This document shows, one piece after another, positions 46,301 to 58,499 of a stretch of 64,000 nt of DNA. A program made the translations under genes and the position numbers. Numbering within the stretch: the first letter of the stretch is position 1; each line of letters begins with the position of its first letter. The notes beneath the pieces were generated by a model, which ran no database searches, had not been told where the DNA came from, and saw only the letters and a program-made list of their open reading frames with translations. Origin of the DNA: Vitrella brassicaformis CCMP3155. Its lineage: Eukaryota; Protista; Chromerida. The stretch spans positions 1 to 64,000 of the forward strand of contig CDMY01000479.1 of the NCBI GenBank assembly GCA_001179505.1, read 5' to 3'.

Positions 46301-48690
46301 TTGATGGATGTGTGCAGGGGCAGCGGTCAGTACTTGTACGACGAGACGGGGCGGGCCTACCTTGACTGCGTCAACAACGTCACACACGTGGGACACGGCA
46401 ACCCCATTGTCGTCAGGTACAAGCTTCAGACACACACACACACGCATCAAGCAACGACATTTCCTCAAACATGTGTGTGTGTGTGTGTGTGTGTGCAGGG
46501 CGCTGCAGCAGCAGATGGAGGTGCTCAACACCAACTGCCGCTACCTCCATGACGCACTGGTCGAGTACGCCGCACAGCTCCTGGCCCTATTCCCTGACCC
46601 TCTCAGGTAGACAGACACCCACACGCGCACACAGACAGACAAACGCATGGTATGGATGGAAATCGGTGTCTCTGTGCAATCTATGCGTTCAGAGTGGTGT
46701 ATTTGGTCAACACGGGCACCGAGGCGAACGAGCTGGCCCTGCGGCTGGCACAGACACACACCAAGCGGAGAGACGTTCTCATTGTCGACCACGCATACCA
46801 CGGTAGAACATCCATCCATCCATCCATCTGTGTGTGTGTATATGCCTGTGTCTTGCAGGCAACTCGAGCGGTCTGATCGGCATGTCGCCGTACAAGTGTG
46901 ACGGCAAGGGCGGCAGCGGCGTGCACGACTGGGTCCACAGGGTCCCCATACCCGACAGATACAGAGGACCCGCCACATACGACGACCCACAGGCAACCAC
47001 AACCACACCCACACCCACACAATCCTCTGTCTCTGTGCATCCCTCTCTCTCCCTCTCCCTCCCTCTCCCTGTTTGTGTGTGTGCTGCAGGCCGGTGACTA
47101 TTATGCGTCCCACGTCGAGCGCGTCATCCGCGAGTCCAAACGTCCCATCGCCGCTTTCTTCGCCGAGTCGGTGCTCTCGTGCGGGGGGCAGGTGTTCCAC
47201 CCGCCCGACTACCTCTCGGCCGTATACGCCATTGTGCGTGCGCATGGGGGCGTGTGCGTGGCCGACGAAGTGCAGACGGGCTTTGGGCGGGTTGGGGGGG
47301 ACAAGTGGTACGCATGGATGGATGTGCACACAGAGAGAAAGGACTCATGGATGTGTGTGTGTGTGTGTGCAGGTGGGCGTATGAGTCGAGTGGCGTCATG
47401 CCTGACATAGTGGCGATGGCCAAGCCCATCGGCAATGGACACCCGCTCGCGGCAGTCGTCACAACCACCGAGGTGGGTGGCATGCTCACTCCCTCTCACT
47501 CACTAACAAGCAGCCGCACGCACACCGACGAGCATCACTTGCGTATGTGCACGATCCGTGCAGATCGCTGCGTCGTTTGACAACGGCATGGGCTGGTTCA
47601 ACACGGTACGTGCAGGCACAAATCATACCCGCATTCATTTTCGCCACTCGCGCGTGTGAGTGGATCTGACCGGTGTGATGCTGTGATGCATCCAGTATGG
47701 CGGCAATCCCGTCTCGTGTATCGTCGGCTTGTCCGTGCTCAAGGCCATCAACGAGGTGCGCAAAAGTGCACGAATCCTACATGCACACACACACACACAC
47801 ACACTCGCATCTCTACTTGTGTGTCATCCACACACGCAGCTTGGTCTCCGCGAGAACGCCCACGTGAGCGGCAGGAGCCTGCTCGACGGGCTGAAGACCC
47901 TCATCGAGACGAGCGACTGTGTGGGGGACGTGCGGGTACGCCACTCAGCACTTGACACTGGATGCCATCTGAATGCGTGTGTGCATGCGGCTATAGGGTG
48001 AGGGCCTGATGGCGGGCATCGAGATGGTCGAGTGCAAGCGGACCAAAGCGCCAGCGCCGGCAAAGGTGGGTCCTGATGGATACGGCAGGCAATGTGTCGA
48101 TGTGTGTGTGTGCGTATGGTCCACGCAGGCCAACTACGTCATTAACCGGATGAGGCAGCTGGGCTTTTTGCTCAGCACAGATGGGCCCTTCGACAACGTC
48201 GTCAAAGTCAAGCCGCCCATGCTCTTCTCGGTACACAACTGCAGCCGCACACACACGCATGTGCCATCGCGTCATCGGAAACAGGTTGCCGACGGCCGTG
48301 CCTTGGTGGATGCCCTGAGAGTGGTGCTCAAGGAGACGCCCATGACCGTCAAGACACCAATGCGGCTGCCAATTGTGTCAAGACAAACAGCCAGAGATGC
48401 AGCTGGTCAGCCAGCACAAGCGCACCAATCCCTCCCCACACCCACTGCACTCCTCCACACACCACCTCATCTTATCTTCAGGCCCCCATCGGCAGCTTCC
48501 CTCTTTCTGGGACGATTGCCGCCAGCCCACTCCCCTCCGCACACAGTTCGACCGTCACGAGTTCGACGCCCATGTGCCTGCGAAACGGCCTGGTTACGGC
48601 CACAAGGCCCGGCGGCTGATGGTGGCCCTCAGCACGTGTGGCGCGATGGTGTTGGCTGTGCTGCTCGCATGGGCCAGGCGAGAGGGATGA
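43340..48690 (+). CDS. Tri-domain fusion: hydroxylysine/aminoalcohol kinase-like (APH fold) + degenerate M23-peptidase-like domain + class III PLP aminotransferase/phospho-lyase, with predicted C-terminal tail anchor
   Basis: Kinase: [32 protein letters not shown]. Middle: [24 protein letters not shown]....[16 protein letters not shown] domain: [88 protein letters not shown]. Last exon ends [26 protein letters not shown]. Confidence 0.88.
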
Positions 48691-49206
48691 TGGGGTGGGT
48701 GCGATGGGCACAATGTGTCCGTACCTGCGGGGATGCTGTGTGTGTGCTCAAGGCGCACATGCACGAGGCAGTCAGTGTTGATGCAGACCCGTCCGCAACA
48801 GCGTGGGTGTGGGTAAAAGAGGGAGGGAGGGGTTTTTGCCTGTTTGTTCTTTTTTCTTCTGACGCCAGCCACTTTTTGCTGCCTGGTATTTTGGGTGGGG
48901 CAGTCGGTGTGTCGGTCGGTGATGGTATTTTTCTCCTTTTGTTTGCTCTTCCTGCCTGCCTGGGGAATGGGCGGTGAGTTTCATCCACGTCATGTCAACG
49001 CCCTCGACGCGACTGGACAGTCACAGATCGAAGTCCACCCTGCTGATTGAAGACGGGACACAGTCGATGTCCGATCCATGTGAAATTATCCATCTGTTTG
49101 CTGGGATGCCATCGCGGCTGCATTTCTCATTCGTTCAATCATGGCACCGGCTTAGCTCGCAGATTTCCAAAGAAAACCGCTCGAGGTCTGCAGGGCGTGT
49201 ATCGTT

Positions 49207-51835
49207 ATGCTTCGTGATGACCGTGTGGTGGTGTGGTCGTCGTGGCATGAGTTCAAGGATGTGAGAGATCGCATCTTCTCCGCCAACCTCCACCACAAGA
49301 AAGACGCAACCAACAGGGTGGGTAACAGAGGCGCCAGAAATGAATGACAGGAGGGAGGACAAGGAAGACCGAAGATCTTCACGAATTCGTGCTCCTCTGT
49401 CGGATGTGTGTTTGGTTGATTGTGTCCAGGTTGATCAGTGGCGCAGGCGGGGCAAGGTGCCTGTGGCCGTGGATGCGACGGCCAACCTGCTGTCTGTCAT
49501 GCTCAATGACCCGTGAGAGAACAGACAGCACACAGATTCAGACAACCGCATGCACTGCTCTCACACCTGTATGTGTGTGTGTGTGTGCATTCAGTGACGT
49601 CAATCCGTTCACTGAGGCGCCTCGTGACGACACAGAGCTGCGCCTCCTCTACGCCATGACTATCGTCAGGTGCACCACAGCACACACACTATATAATGGC
49701 ATGGTGTGTGTGTCATGTGTCTGCAGGGTGGTGAATGGCTTTGTTGACCAGGCACAGGAGAAGCAGTTCGCCCGGTCGGTCGCGCTGCTGGCGAGTCAGC
49801 TGGGGCTGCCGCCCTTTCTGGTGGATCTGCGGCACCAGGCCACGCACGCCGAGCTGCCCAACAGGGCCCAACTGAGGTACACGAAGCATGCCGAAGAAGG
49901 GTCCTGGGTTTGATAGTGTGCCAATCGTGTTGTGGGTATTTGCAGGTTTGCCGTGCAGGAGTTGGAGCAGCTGTTGAGGCAGCGATTCTGGTGAGCAAGG
50001 CGATCGCCCTCGTGCACCTGCCCACTCGTGTATCCTCTTTGTCTGTGTGTGCAGGGATCCACAGATGGCCCGTCTTGACGCCTTCTTCTCAGTGGGCAAC
50101 CTGGAAAAGGTCAGCTTACACACACGCACACACCTCTCTCGGGCCATCGTGCGTCCTCCATTCTCCATTTCAGTGTTTTCTGCCCCCTGTGCGTCGCCTC
50201 GTCGCGCTCATTCCATCTGTGAGCCTGCCGGTGCTTGACCATGGCAATGGTGATGCGATCGACATGGATGCCTTGGCAGCTGAGATGCCCCCCGAAGACG
50301 ATCAGCCACAGGTACGCAAGTGCAAGGCCTTCGGTGCACTAAGGCGGGCACCTGAAGTGTGTGTGTGTGTGTGTGTGTGGTGATCAGAGGAAGGGCAAGA
50401 AGCGGCGTCGGGTCGATGCGGAGGAGAGGGTGAAGAGGTCACCACAACAAATCAAAGGCGCCCTCGTGGACAAGGTGCGGGAGACCCACACCCAACTACG
50501 TGTCTTCTCATATCCTATCATATGCTTCTGCCGGATGTCTCCATCAGTCGGTGGCTGCCTTCACGTCGGTGTGGTCCGAGGCCAGATCAGCCGTGTCCAA
50601 TTGCCCTGACGAAGTCCTGCTCCTCTCAATCGTCACGGAGTGCCTGCAGCAGATGCATGACCCGTACCTGCAGCCTCTCTCTCTGATGGCCCTCCACCTC
50701 ATCTGCGGGGCCGCGTCATGCAACCTCGCTGTCAGGTCAGAACACGTGACATCAGCGCACACGGACACACCTGCGCCGTCCATCCCTTCTCTGTCTTGCC
50801 TTTCAGGGTCGTGTCGTCCATCTTCCATGCCCTCCTCTCCCCCTCTCCCTCCCAACCACCTCGCGAGCAGCTGCAGGGCAGCACTGAGGTGCGGTATCAG
50901 TCCGTCCGGGGCCAGCCATATCGTTGGAAGCTGGCGCGGGGCGGCTCTGGTCTGGCTGACCGGCAAGTTGGCGACAGGGGCGATGATGTGAGGAAAGGGT
51001 GGATGGCTGCTCTGGGCGTGGCGCAGGAGGGCATTGATGGCGACACTGCCGACTCTTCTCCTGAAGGTCACACGGGAGTGATGATCCTCTCTCTTTCCCT
51101 TCCCACTGGTGGGTGTTCGATTCCCCTGTGCAGCACCTGAGAGGACCCACCTGCGGTGGCTGAGAGCCGTCCTGAGCCTCCCCCCTTCGCCCACTCAGCC
51201 GGCCACACACGCCGCCCCATCCCCCGCTCTCTCGTCATTCCATTCGCTGGCGTTGGCCGCGCCCCTGGCCCAGCTGTCTAACACCGAGGGCGGCAGTGTC
51301 TACCATCGCGGCATAAGGCGGCTGCACGAGGCGGTCAGGTGTGTCGCGCCACACGCCATCGGCACGGCCGTGGGGCACATAGCGCGTCATGGCGCCAATG
51401 ACAGGGCGGCAGCGGGGCTTCTCGGCGCTTTGGGAGAGGCAGGTATGTGGGCGACATAAATGACAATGAATGGCTTTCCGCCACTTACACACGAGGGGGT
51501 TTGTGGTGTCTTTTAGGCATCCTGACGAGCACGATCGCCACGTTGCTGCAGTGGATGGGTGAGAGGGGCATCACCGACATCATCAGCACACCACCACAAG
51601 ACACTCGTCATGCAGCAGAGAAGGGGGCAACAGCTGATGCACGGCAAAATGGAGGCGACGACTTGCAGGACTGTGTGGCGGATGGCCTCGTGCCTCCCTC
51701 GGTGTCGGCCAGTGGTGTGGCGTCAGAGGTGCTGCCGCTGACGGTCGAGGGCACATGGTGGGACCCCCAGACATGGACCATACACGACGTGAGCGAGCCT
51801 GTCAAACAAGCACTCGTGTGCGGGGGTGTTTGTCA

Positions 51836-51868
<33 letters not shown>

Positions 51869-52177
51869 AGTGTGCAGAGTCTGCCTGTGGAGGGCTTCTT
51901 CCGTCCAGTGTGCCCTGTCGCATCGACCGCACAGCCAGCGACACCACCCAGAAGAACAGCAGCCCCACGTGCACCACGGCCAAGCGACACGGACGAGGTC
52001 TTACCGGTGGACGGTCTCGCTGTCCCGCAGATGCTCTGCGCGCCTTTTGCGCTTGTGCCGGAAGGGCAAAACGGTGCTGCAGCTGCTGTGAATGGTGTAG
52101 TGAGCGAGGGGCACAGTGATGGTGTGGATGGGAGGAGGCTGCAGATAGACTGGTCGAAAGTCGTGCCTCTCCTGTGA
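49207..52177 (+). CDS. LAS1: LAS1-like HEPN endoribonuclease (pre-rRNA ITS2 processing)
   Basis: MLRDDRVVVWSSWHEFKDV..VDQWRRRGKVPVAVDATANL..ELRLLYAMTIVRVVNGFVDQAQ..ARSVALLASQLGLPPFLVDLRHQATHAELP, containing the HEPN RHxxxH motif. C-terminus approximate (IDWSKVVPLL*). Confidence 0.87.
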
Positions 52178-52524
52178 GTGACGGACGAGGAATAGATGTG
52201 TATATGGGGGTCGATCGATCGACGAGCGAAACGTCGTCATTTTATGATCACGCACAGCTGGCCAAAACACATAGGGGAAGGTACACAAACGGCCATAAGC
52301 GAGCCTCCTTATGGGTCGAATCGATGGCACAGATCAATCCGTCCCTATCGAGAACCTCATGCCCTATCAAATCCATGGACAGCCTCCAGAAACACAGGAA
52401 AAAGACACGCGCACCACACAAAAATGCCCGCCTTCGTCTTGTGTGTCTCCCGATGTCAGTCGCCTATACGATGCCTCCCCCACCGCACATGTGCCTGTCT
52501 TGTCGGTCGAGGGTCAGTCGAAGG

Positions 52525-54136
52525 TCAGTTGCCCCTATGGTGTCTCCTCTCCGGCCGCTCTGAAGGACGACAGTGACTCAGCCACGAACGGATCCAAGCA
52601 TCCCGCTCCCGCTTGCTCTCATAATGCTCATCGGCAGCTGACACACAGCACAACACACAGATGGGTAAACAAATCCATCTCACTTCTCCAGGCTGCTCGT
52701 TGCTTACCGGCCATGTCAGCCGTCTTTGCCTCCAGCAGCTGGTATATGTGGCAAAGGAGAGCATCGTCAGCCGCGTGGACGGTGGAGGCCGAGTACATGC
52801 AGCTCTACGATATGATGTAAAGGCCCAGCGAGGGGATCACATAGGCATCCCTGCCATCTGGAGAGGGAGACACGGAGCCAGCAGGTATCAGCAGTTGCGG
52901 CTGTCTTACCCTGCGGGCAATCCCAAGCGGCTCTCGCTCCATTACCATCATTGAACTTCAGGCGCAGGTTCTGACAACACACGACACGATGAGCGACACA
53001 AAGATAGCAGAGTGTGTCCGGCGTCTTCTCACCTCATGCCAGGCCATCGAGACGTGAAAGAGGTCTCCCCCGCCCTCTGGCACCCCCTCACACCTGACAC
53101 CGGGCGAAAGGGTCCACTTCTCCTCCCTCACTCCGCTGCCTGAAATCTCGTCTGCTCGTCGATAGTGGCAGCAGGGGTGTATCCACCCCGTCGTGTACAG
53201 GACGTTTGCCCTGTTTGCTGTTATGGCTTCCTTATCGAGGAGCGACAGAATGTCTGAACGAACAAAACAGGGAAGCCGAATGTATGGTTTTAGGTCGACT
53301 CTCACCGAGACAGGCCGCACGAGCGATGATATCCTCGCACCAGAGTGTGTGTGGACAACGCCTTCATGCAGCAAATAGACCCCCTCTTGCTTGATGAAAT
53401 AGTAAGGCCCTAATGCACCAGTTAACCGAGACTGTTCTCTTCTTTGCTTGATAGCTGTATGAGTGGCGCTGGCCTTACGTTTTCCGTCTGTGTCGACGGG
53501 CGCATCCCACTCTTTCTCCCTGCCGCCCTCGGTGATCCCCATCACGAAGCACATTGACTGAAAGAGAAGGTAGGCAGCCCGACAACAATTCGTGCCCGGC
53601 TGTCGGCCTTGATGTGTCTCGCCTCACCTTCCGCTCAACATGAACATACCACAGCTCATTCGTTAGCTGGAGGCACTCCTTGCTGTTCACACGATACTCC
53701 GACGGATCCTCTGCAAGGCCGACGAAATACTCACACTTCAGTTGTATCTGCTCGCTGCTGCTGCTGCTGCTGTTGCTGCTGTTGCTTGACTTGAGTGTGT
53801 AGTAGAGGTGCAGCCCCGGTCGCTGGAGGTCTCTTGTATCGTCAGCCTGCAACATCAGAAGGCGTACGACAACTGACACAGCGTGTTTTCCTTCGTATTT
53901 TCAACCTGATGCCATCGGGCGGCCGAGTCGAACGTCGCTTGCTGTGCTTCGGCAGTTCTCGCTGCGGTGGGCTGGCCGGGTGAGTTGACCGGCTGGAGGC
54001 GGAATCCGATGAGCTGATGGGGCTTGACCAGGGAACGAATGTGAGCCCATATCTCCTCGCGAGAGATATCGGAAAGCCCCCTTACACCCTTCCGCCGCTC
54101 TCTAATGCGCGCGAGAAGTTCTCCTATCTTCGTCAT
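52525..54136 (-). pseudogene. Uncharacterised multi-exon gene (CEY/LTNELWY family) with one in-frame TAG at 52805-52807
   Basis: Phase-consistent GT-AG splicing from MTKIGELLARIRE through LKCEYFVG..QLTNELWYVHVERK, GREKEWDAP, NLRLKFNDG and LYIIS*SCMYS to WIRSWLSH..RGN* (52525). The frame stays open on both sides of the TAG. Confidence 0.55.
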
Positions 54137-54173
54137 GCGCGGCGGAGGAGAAGGGAGAGAAGGGAGAGGGGGG

Positions 54174-54473
54174 NNNNNNNNNNNNNNNNNNNNNNNNNNN
54201 NNNNNNNNNNNNNNNNNNNNNNNNNNNNNNNNNNNNNNNNNNNNNNNNNNNNNNNNNNNNNNNNNNNNNNNNNNNNNNNNNNNNNNNNNNNNNNNNNNNN
54301 NNNNNNNNNNNNNNNNNNNNNNNNNNNNNNNNNNNNNNNNNNNNNNNNNNNNNNNNNNNNNNNNNNNNNNNNNNNNNNNNNNNNNNNNNNNNNNNNNNNN
54401 NNNNNNNNNNNNNNNNNNNNNNNNNNNNNNNNNNNNNNNNNNNNNNNNNNNNNNNNNNNNNNNNNNNNNNNNN
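54174..54473. other. Assembly gap (300 N) flanked on both sides by G-runs
   Basis: GAGGGGGG before and GGGGGGGGGG after the N run, between two divergent start codons. Confidence 1.
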
Positions 54474-54536
54474 GGGGGGGGGGCGATCGCGGGCTGGGGG
54501 CCCGTCTCAACTCGGAGACACCTGGAGTGGCGGACC

Positions 54537-57002
54537 ATGATGATGTCAAGCGCCCCTGTTTTTCTCCTCGCGGCTGTCTCGGCCTTTCTGGTCTGCCTTT
54601 CGTCCGCCGAAACAATTGAGCACTCCTGCGCCCTGAGGCTCGAAGAGCAGCCGGAGCTGCCCAAACCGCCCAAGGAGGAATGCCCCGAGAACAACAAGCT
54701 TGTCTCATACGAGAAAACCGATGACAAACTCCGAATTTTGCACTGGGTTCGTGTTCACGCTTGGATGCATCACAGCGTGGGTGCGACACTCCTGCTGTGC
54801 ATGCATGTGTTCCCGGCGCAGAATATCATGTGGATGTTCTCGCCCGCGTCCCTTCGCGCCAGCTGGCAGGTTGAGGACGAGCAGCTGAAAAACAAGGTAT
54901 ATCAGTGCCCAGTCTTCTGGCAAAACGTCGCTGACTGCACCGAGAGACCCGAATTCGAGCACCCAGCTAACGGGAAGAGACCGAAGACGAAGCACCAACA
55001 GTCGTGCGGCGGGAAGGCGCCAAAGCCGGACGGGTGGGAGTGGTACGCCTCCCAAGTCCAGAAGGTCGCCAAGGACGTCAGCAAGGGCACATCCAAAAAC
55101 CAGGGCGTGACATGCATCAATCAGGTAAGCATGCATCAATCAGCTGCAAATGCCAAGTACAGTGCTTTGTTGTACTGCGGCAATGACGGTGGAACCGGAT
55201 CAACGACGTGGCGAGATGGCTCAGCTACTTTAACACGAACATCACCAAGGAGCACGGAGACGGTCTGGATGTAATCTCGCTGTCAGAGGTGAGGCCTTGC
55301 GTATGTAATGCGCTTCCCGCGCTGTTTCGTGTGGATGTGTTTGTGCGTATGTCATGCAGATCGACGGCTGCCACGTTTTAAAAGACTTGTTGGATCTGTC
55401 GGGCCTCGATCGCAATGGCTTCGGTATGCAGGTGTATACACAAGGCCGTGTCTCCATATAAACACAACAATCGCTCAAACATGGATACGTATCGCTACCC
55501 ATTGTCTTGGTGCATGACTTTGGGGTAAAGTTCCCTATCACATCACTGGGAACGACTTCCGCAGCTACCAGCAAGTGGGCTTTCTCAGCAGAATCAATCC
55601 AGTCGAACCCATTACAACCACGTACACACATAAGTCACGCATACGCCCATTTGCCATGAGTGTCGCTCCGCTGACCTTTGCTGCAGGCGAAAGAGTATGA
55701 CGGGAAGTGAGTTCCCGGCGACAGTCAACCCCCTGTGCCAAAAGGTGAGGTGGCAGGTGCTTCGTTTGTATCGCCGATGAGTGGATCGATCTGCCAATTG
55801 TCCCTGCCAGTTCAGCGGCGTCGAACGCGGCAGGGAATTCAACTACAAAGAAGAGCGGGAAGGCATCGGACTCAACAAAGTCGCCCGGATGGACGTCAAC
55901 GTCAAGGGCATCCCGATCACCATACTCACCATCCACCTTAAGAGCATCCCCACACGTATGCACACACAGCAGCTGGACTGAAAGGGAAGGCGGACCGACC
56001 TTTGGATATGTGTGTCCAATGTGTGTGTCTGTGTGCCTACGTTTGCAGGCTAGTCCGCGTGTATGTATCGAGAGGTCGAAGCCGTCCTGCTCGATCAGCT
56101 CATCGAGTCAGTGGCACACACAGCTGCAGCAGCACGCAACACCTGTCGACATCGGGATACTTGTGCCTCTGTGTCTGTATGCAGCGACATACCGGGAGAC
56201 CATGAGATCATCATCATGGTACCTCCCTTGCCCACGAAATGGAAGCAGCGCCACCATGCCTTGTCTGCTCTTCAACACATCTGTGTGTCACCCTCTGCAG
56301 GGCGACTTCAATGACTACGACGATCAGCAGCCCTACACGCGTGATGCCCGACACCAGAAGAAAGAAAACGCGACGCACCCATACAAGCTGCCAATGGAAG
56401 GCTTCGATGCATTCTCCGAGGTAAAGAAGCATTCGACCAACACCGAACACTTCTTTGTATGTGACGCTCACCTGTCTGCCTCTCTTGCCGTGTGTGATGC
56501 GTCGCCTCAGGAGTACCTGCCCAAGGTCAAAGAGACCATTGACTACGACAAGTTCGTCGCGGAGATTGAGGCAAAGGAGCAGGCAGACCTAGAGGCAGAG
56601 CTGCAGAAAGAGAAGGAGAAGCAGGAGAAAAGAGCGGCCAAAGCAGCGGCCAAGATAGAGAAGGCAATGGCAAAGAAAGCTGCGAAAAAGGCTGAAGCTG
56701 AGAGGGCTGCCGGAGCGTCACCACTGTCAGTGGACTGACTACGAAGGGAGGCAGCAAGCGAAAGAAAGGAGGACCAGTGTCGTATTCTGCTGTGCTGTGT
56801 TGTGTTGTGTTGTGTTGTATGTCAGAGAGCATGAGAAAGAAGAAGAACCTGAGGAGGAGTTCATGCTACCTGGGCTCTTCGCTGCTGGAAATGAATCATT
56901 CCTCGATCTGGCCACCAGCCTTAGTGACGAGGAGGAATCGGTGAGACATGAAACAAATGTCTCTTATCGCCATTCAACGGATCGCCGCAGCATACCAATG
57001 CA

Positions 57003-57040
<38 letters not shown>

Positions 57041-57759
57041 TGTAAAGCCTTGGGCCACCTCATGGGTGTTTCCCATCATCAAGTACGGCGCCCACAGCCA
57101 GCGCTTAACACCACCCACCAGCTCACCAACGCAATTGGCAAGTTCCCCAAATACGGAGGAGTGCAGACGTGGCGCAAATTTAGGTACGTAATTATTCAAC
57201 CTTCACCGCATCTAAGCCGCAAACACAGCTTGCTGCGGGCAGCGAGCACATGTGCCCCCTTCATTGTCTGGCATCCATCTGCAGCTACACGTGGAGTGGA
57301 GCGCGTTCCCTCCTCGACCACATACTCGTAAGTAAACCACACGGACGGCTGCTTTGATGACTACCTGAAATGTTCGTGTGCGTGCTATTTCAGGTGAGCC
57401 AGAACCTCTGGAAAGCCATTACAAAGGTGCAGCCGCTCAACCACAGAGCGGCCTACAAAGACGTAAAAGCGTCCTACAAAGACGCGCACCTGCCCTTCAT
57501 CAAGCCGCCGCGACGCCGCGATCCCACCAAAAAGGACGAGTGGATCGGGAGGGTGAGTATGCAGCCAACACGTGCTCATTGCAAGCAACGAATTCCTCCC
57601 TCCCTCTTTGTCTTTGTCTCTGTCTCTGTCTCTGTATTTGTGTGTGTGTGTGTGTGTGTGTCGCAGGGTGAGAATCCCTCGGACCACTTCCCCCTCTACA
57701 TCGAGTTCGACCTCACCAAGCTGGCCGAGATTCGAAACAAACAGGCTGGTGCCAAGTGA
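54537..57759 (+). CDS. Secreted endonuclease/exonuclease/phosphatase (EEP) family protein with large charged insertion
   Basis: Signal peptide MMMSSAPVFLLAAVSAFLVCLSSA. EEP motifs in order: LRILHW|NI, DVISLSE, TIHLKS, IIIM|GDFNDYD, YTW..SLLDHILVS and SDHFPLYIEF. Stop at 57759. Confidence 0.85.
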
Positions 57760-58168
57760 CCGATGTTGACTCGAGCGAGATACAGATCCACCTTGGTGAG
57801 AGGTTCAAGGATGGATGACTAAAGGTACTTTTACTTTTGCAAGAGTGACCGACCACCGCAGACGGCCAACCAACCAACAGACAGAAGGGTTGCGATTGTA
57901 GTGGCGGTGTCTGGTGCCTGGTTGGTTTTCTTTTTGTAATGTCTGCCTTGTAAGTGACTGAAATGGTCAGTGGACAGTCGATGACGGGATTTGCAATGGA
58001 AGACCTGGAGAGACACAACGCAGCAAAAGAAGTTGCTCCTTTGCAGTTTCCCCGGCGCCAACGAAGGCGGAGGCAGCGGAAGCTGTGGACTCCAAATAGC
58101 GCAACGGCAGGCACAGACACGTGAGACAGACTGTTTCATGACTTGCACTGGAGTCTGTCGGTCTCTCA

Positions 58169-58396
58169 TTGTCGGCTTTTCGATACATACGTGCTTGGTT
58201 GGACATCACATTGGCTGTGCATAGGCTGCCTCTATGTGTATGCTTTTATTCGCGCGGCTTTGTGAGGCAGGAGAGAAGGATAACTATTTGCCAACTCAAC
58301 ACTCTCAAGGTCCTGCACTGCATGCCAACCAAGAAAGACCGAGTCAGTGAAGGCACACGATCAACGAATATAAAATGTAGACAGCGATACTCTCCC
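58169..58396. repeat. About 225-bp element, inverted copy of 25458-25681
   Basis: Reverse-complement match seen directly. Confidence 0.88.
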
Positions 58397-58499
58397 TTCC
58401 TTCTTTCTGCGGAACCCGACGGTCCCGCCCGCGATGCGGCATCAAACGCTGCTGGAAGCACATCGCTGAGACACAAGGAAAGAGACAACAATGATGGCT

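Noticed and set aside
53855-55274. Long ORFs crossing the second N gap
   Set aside because: Artificially joined by N; they resolve into two divergent genes starting at 54136 and 54537.
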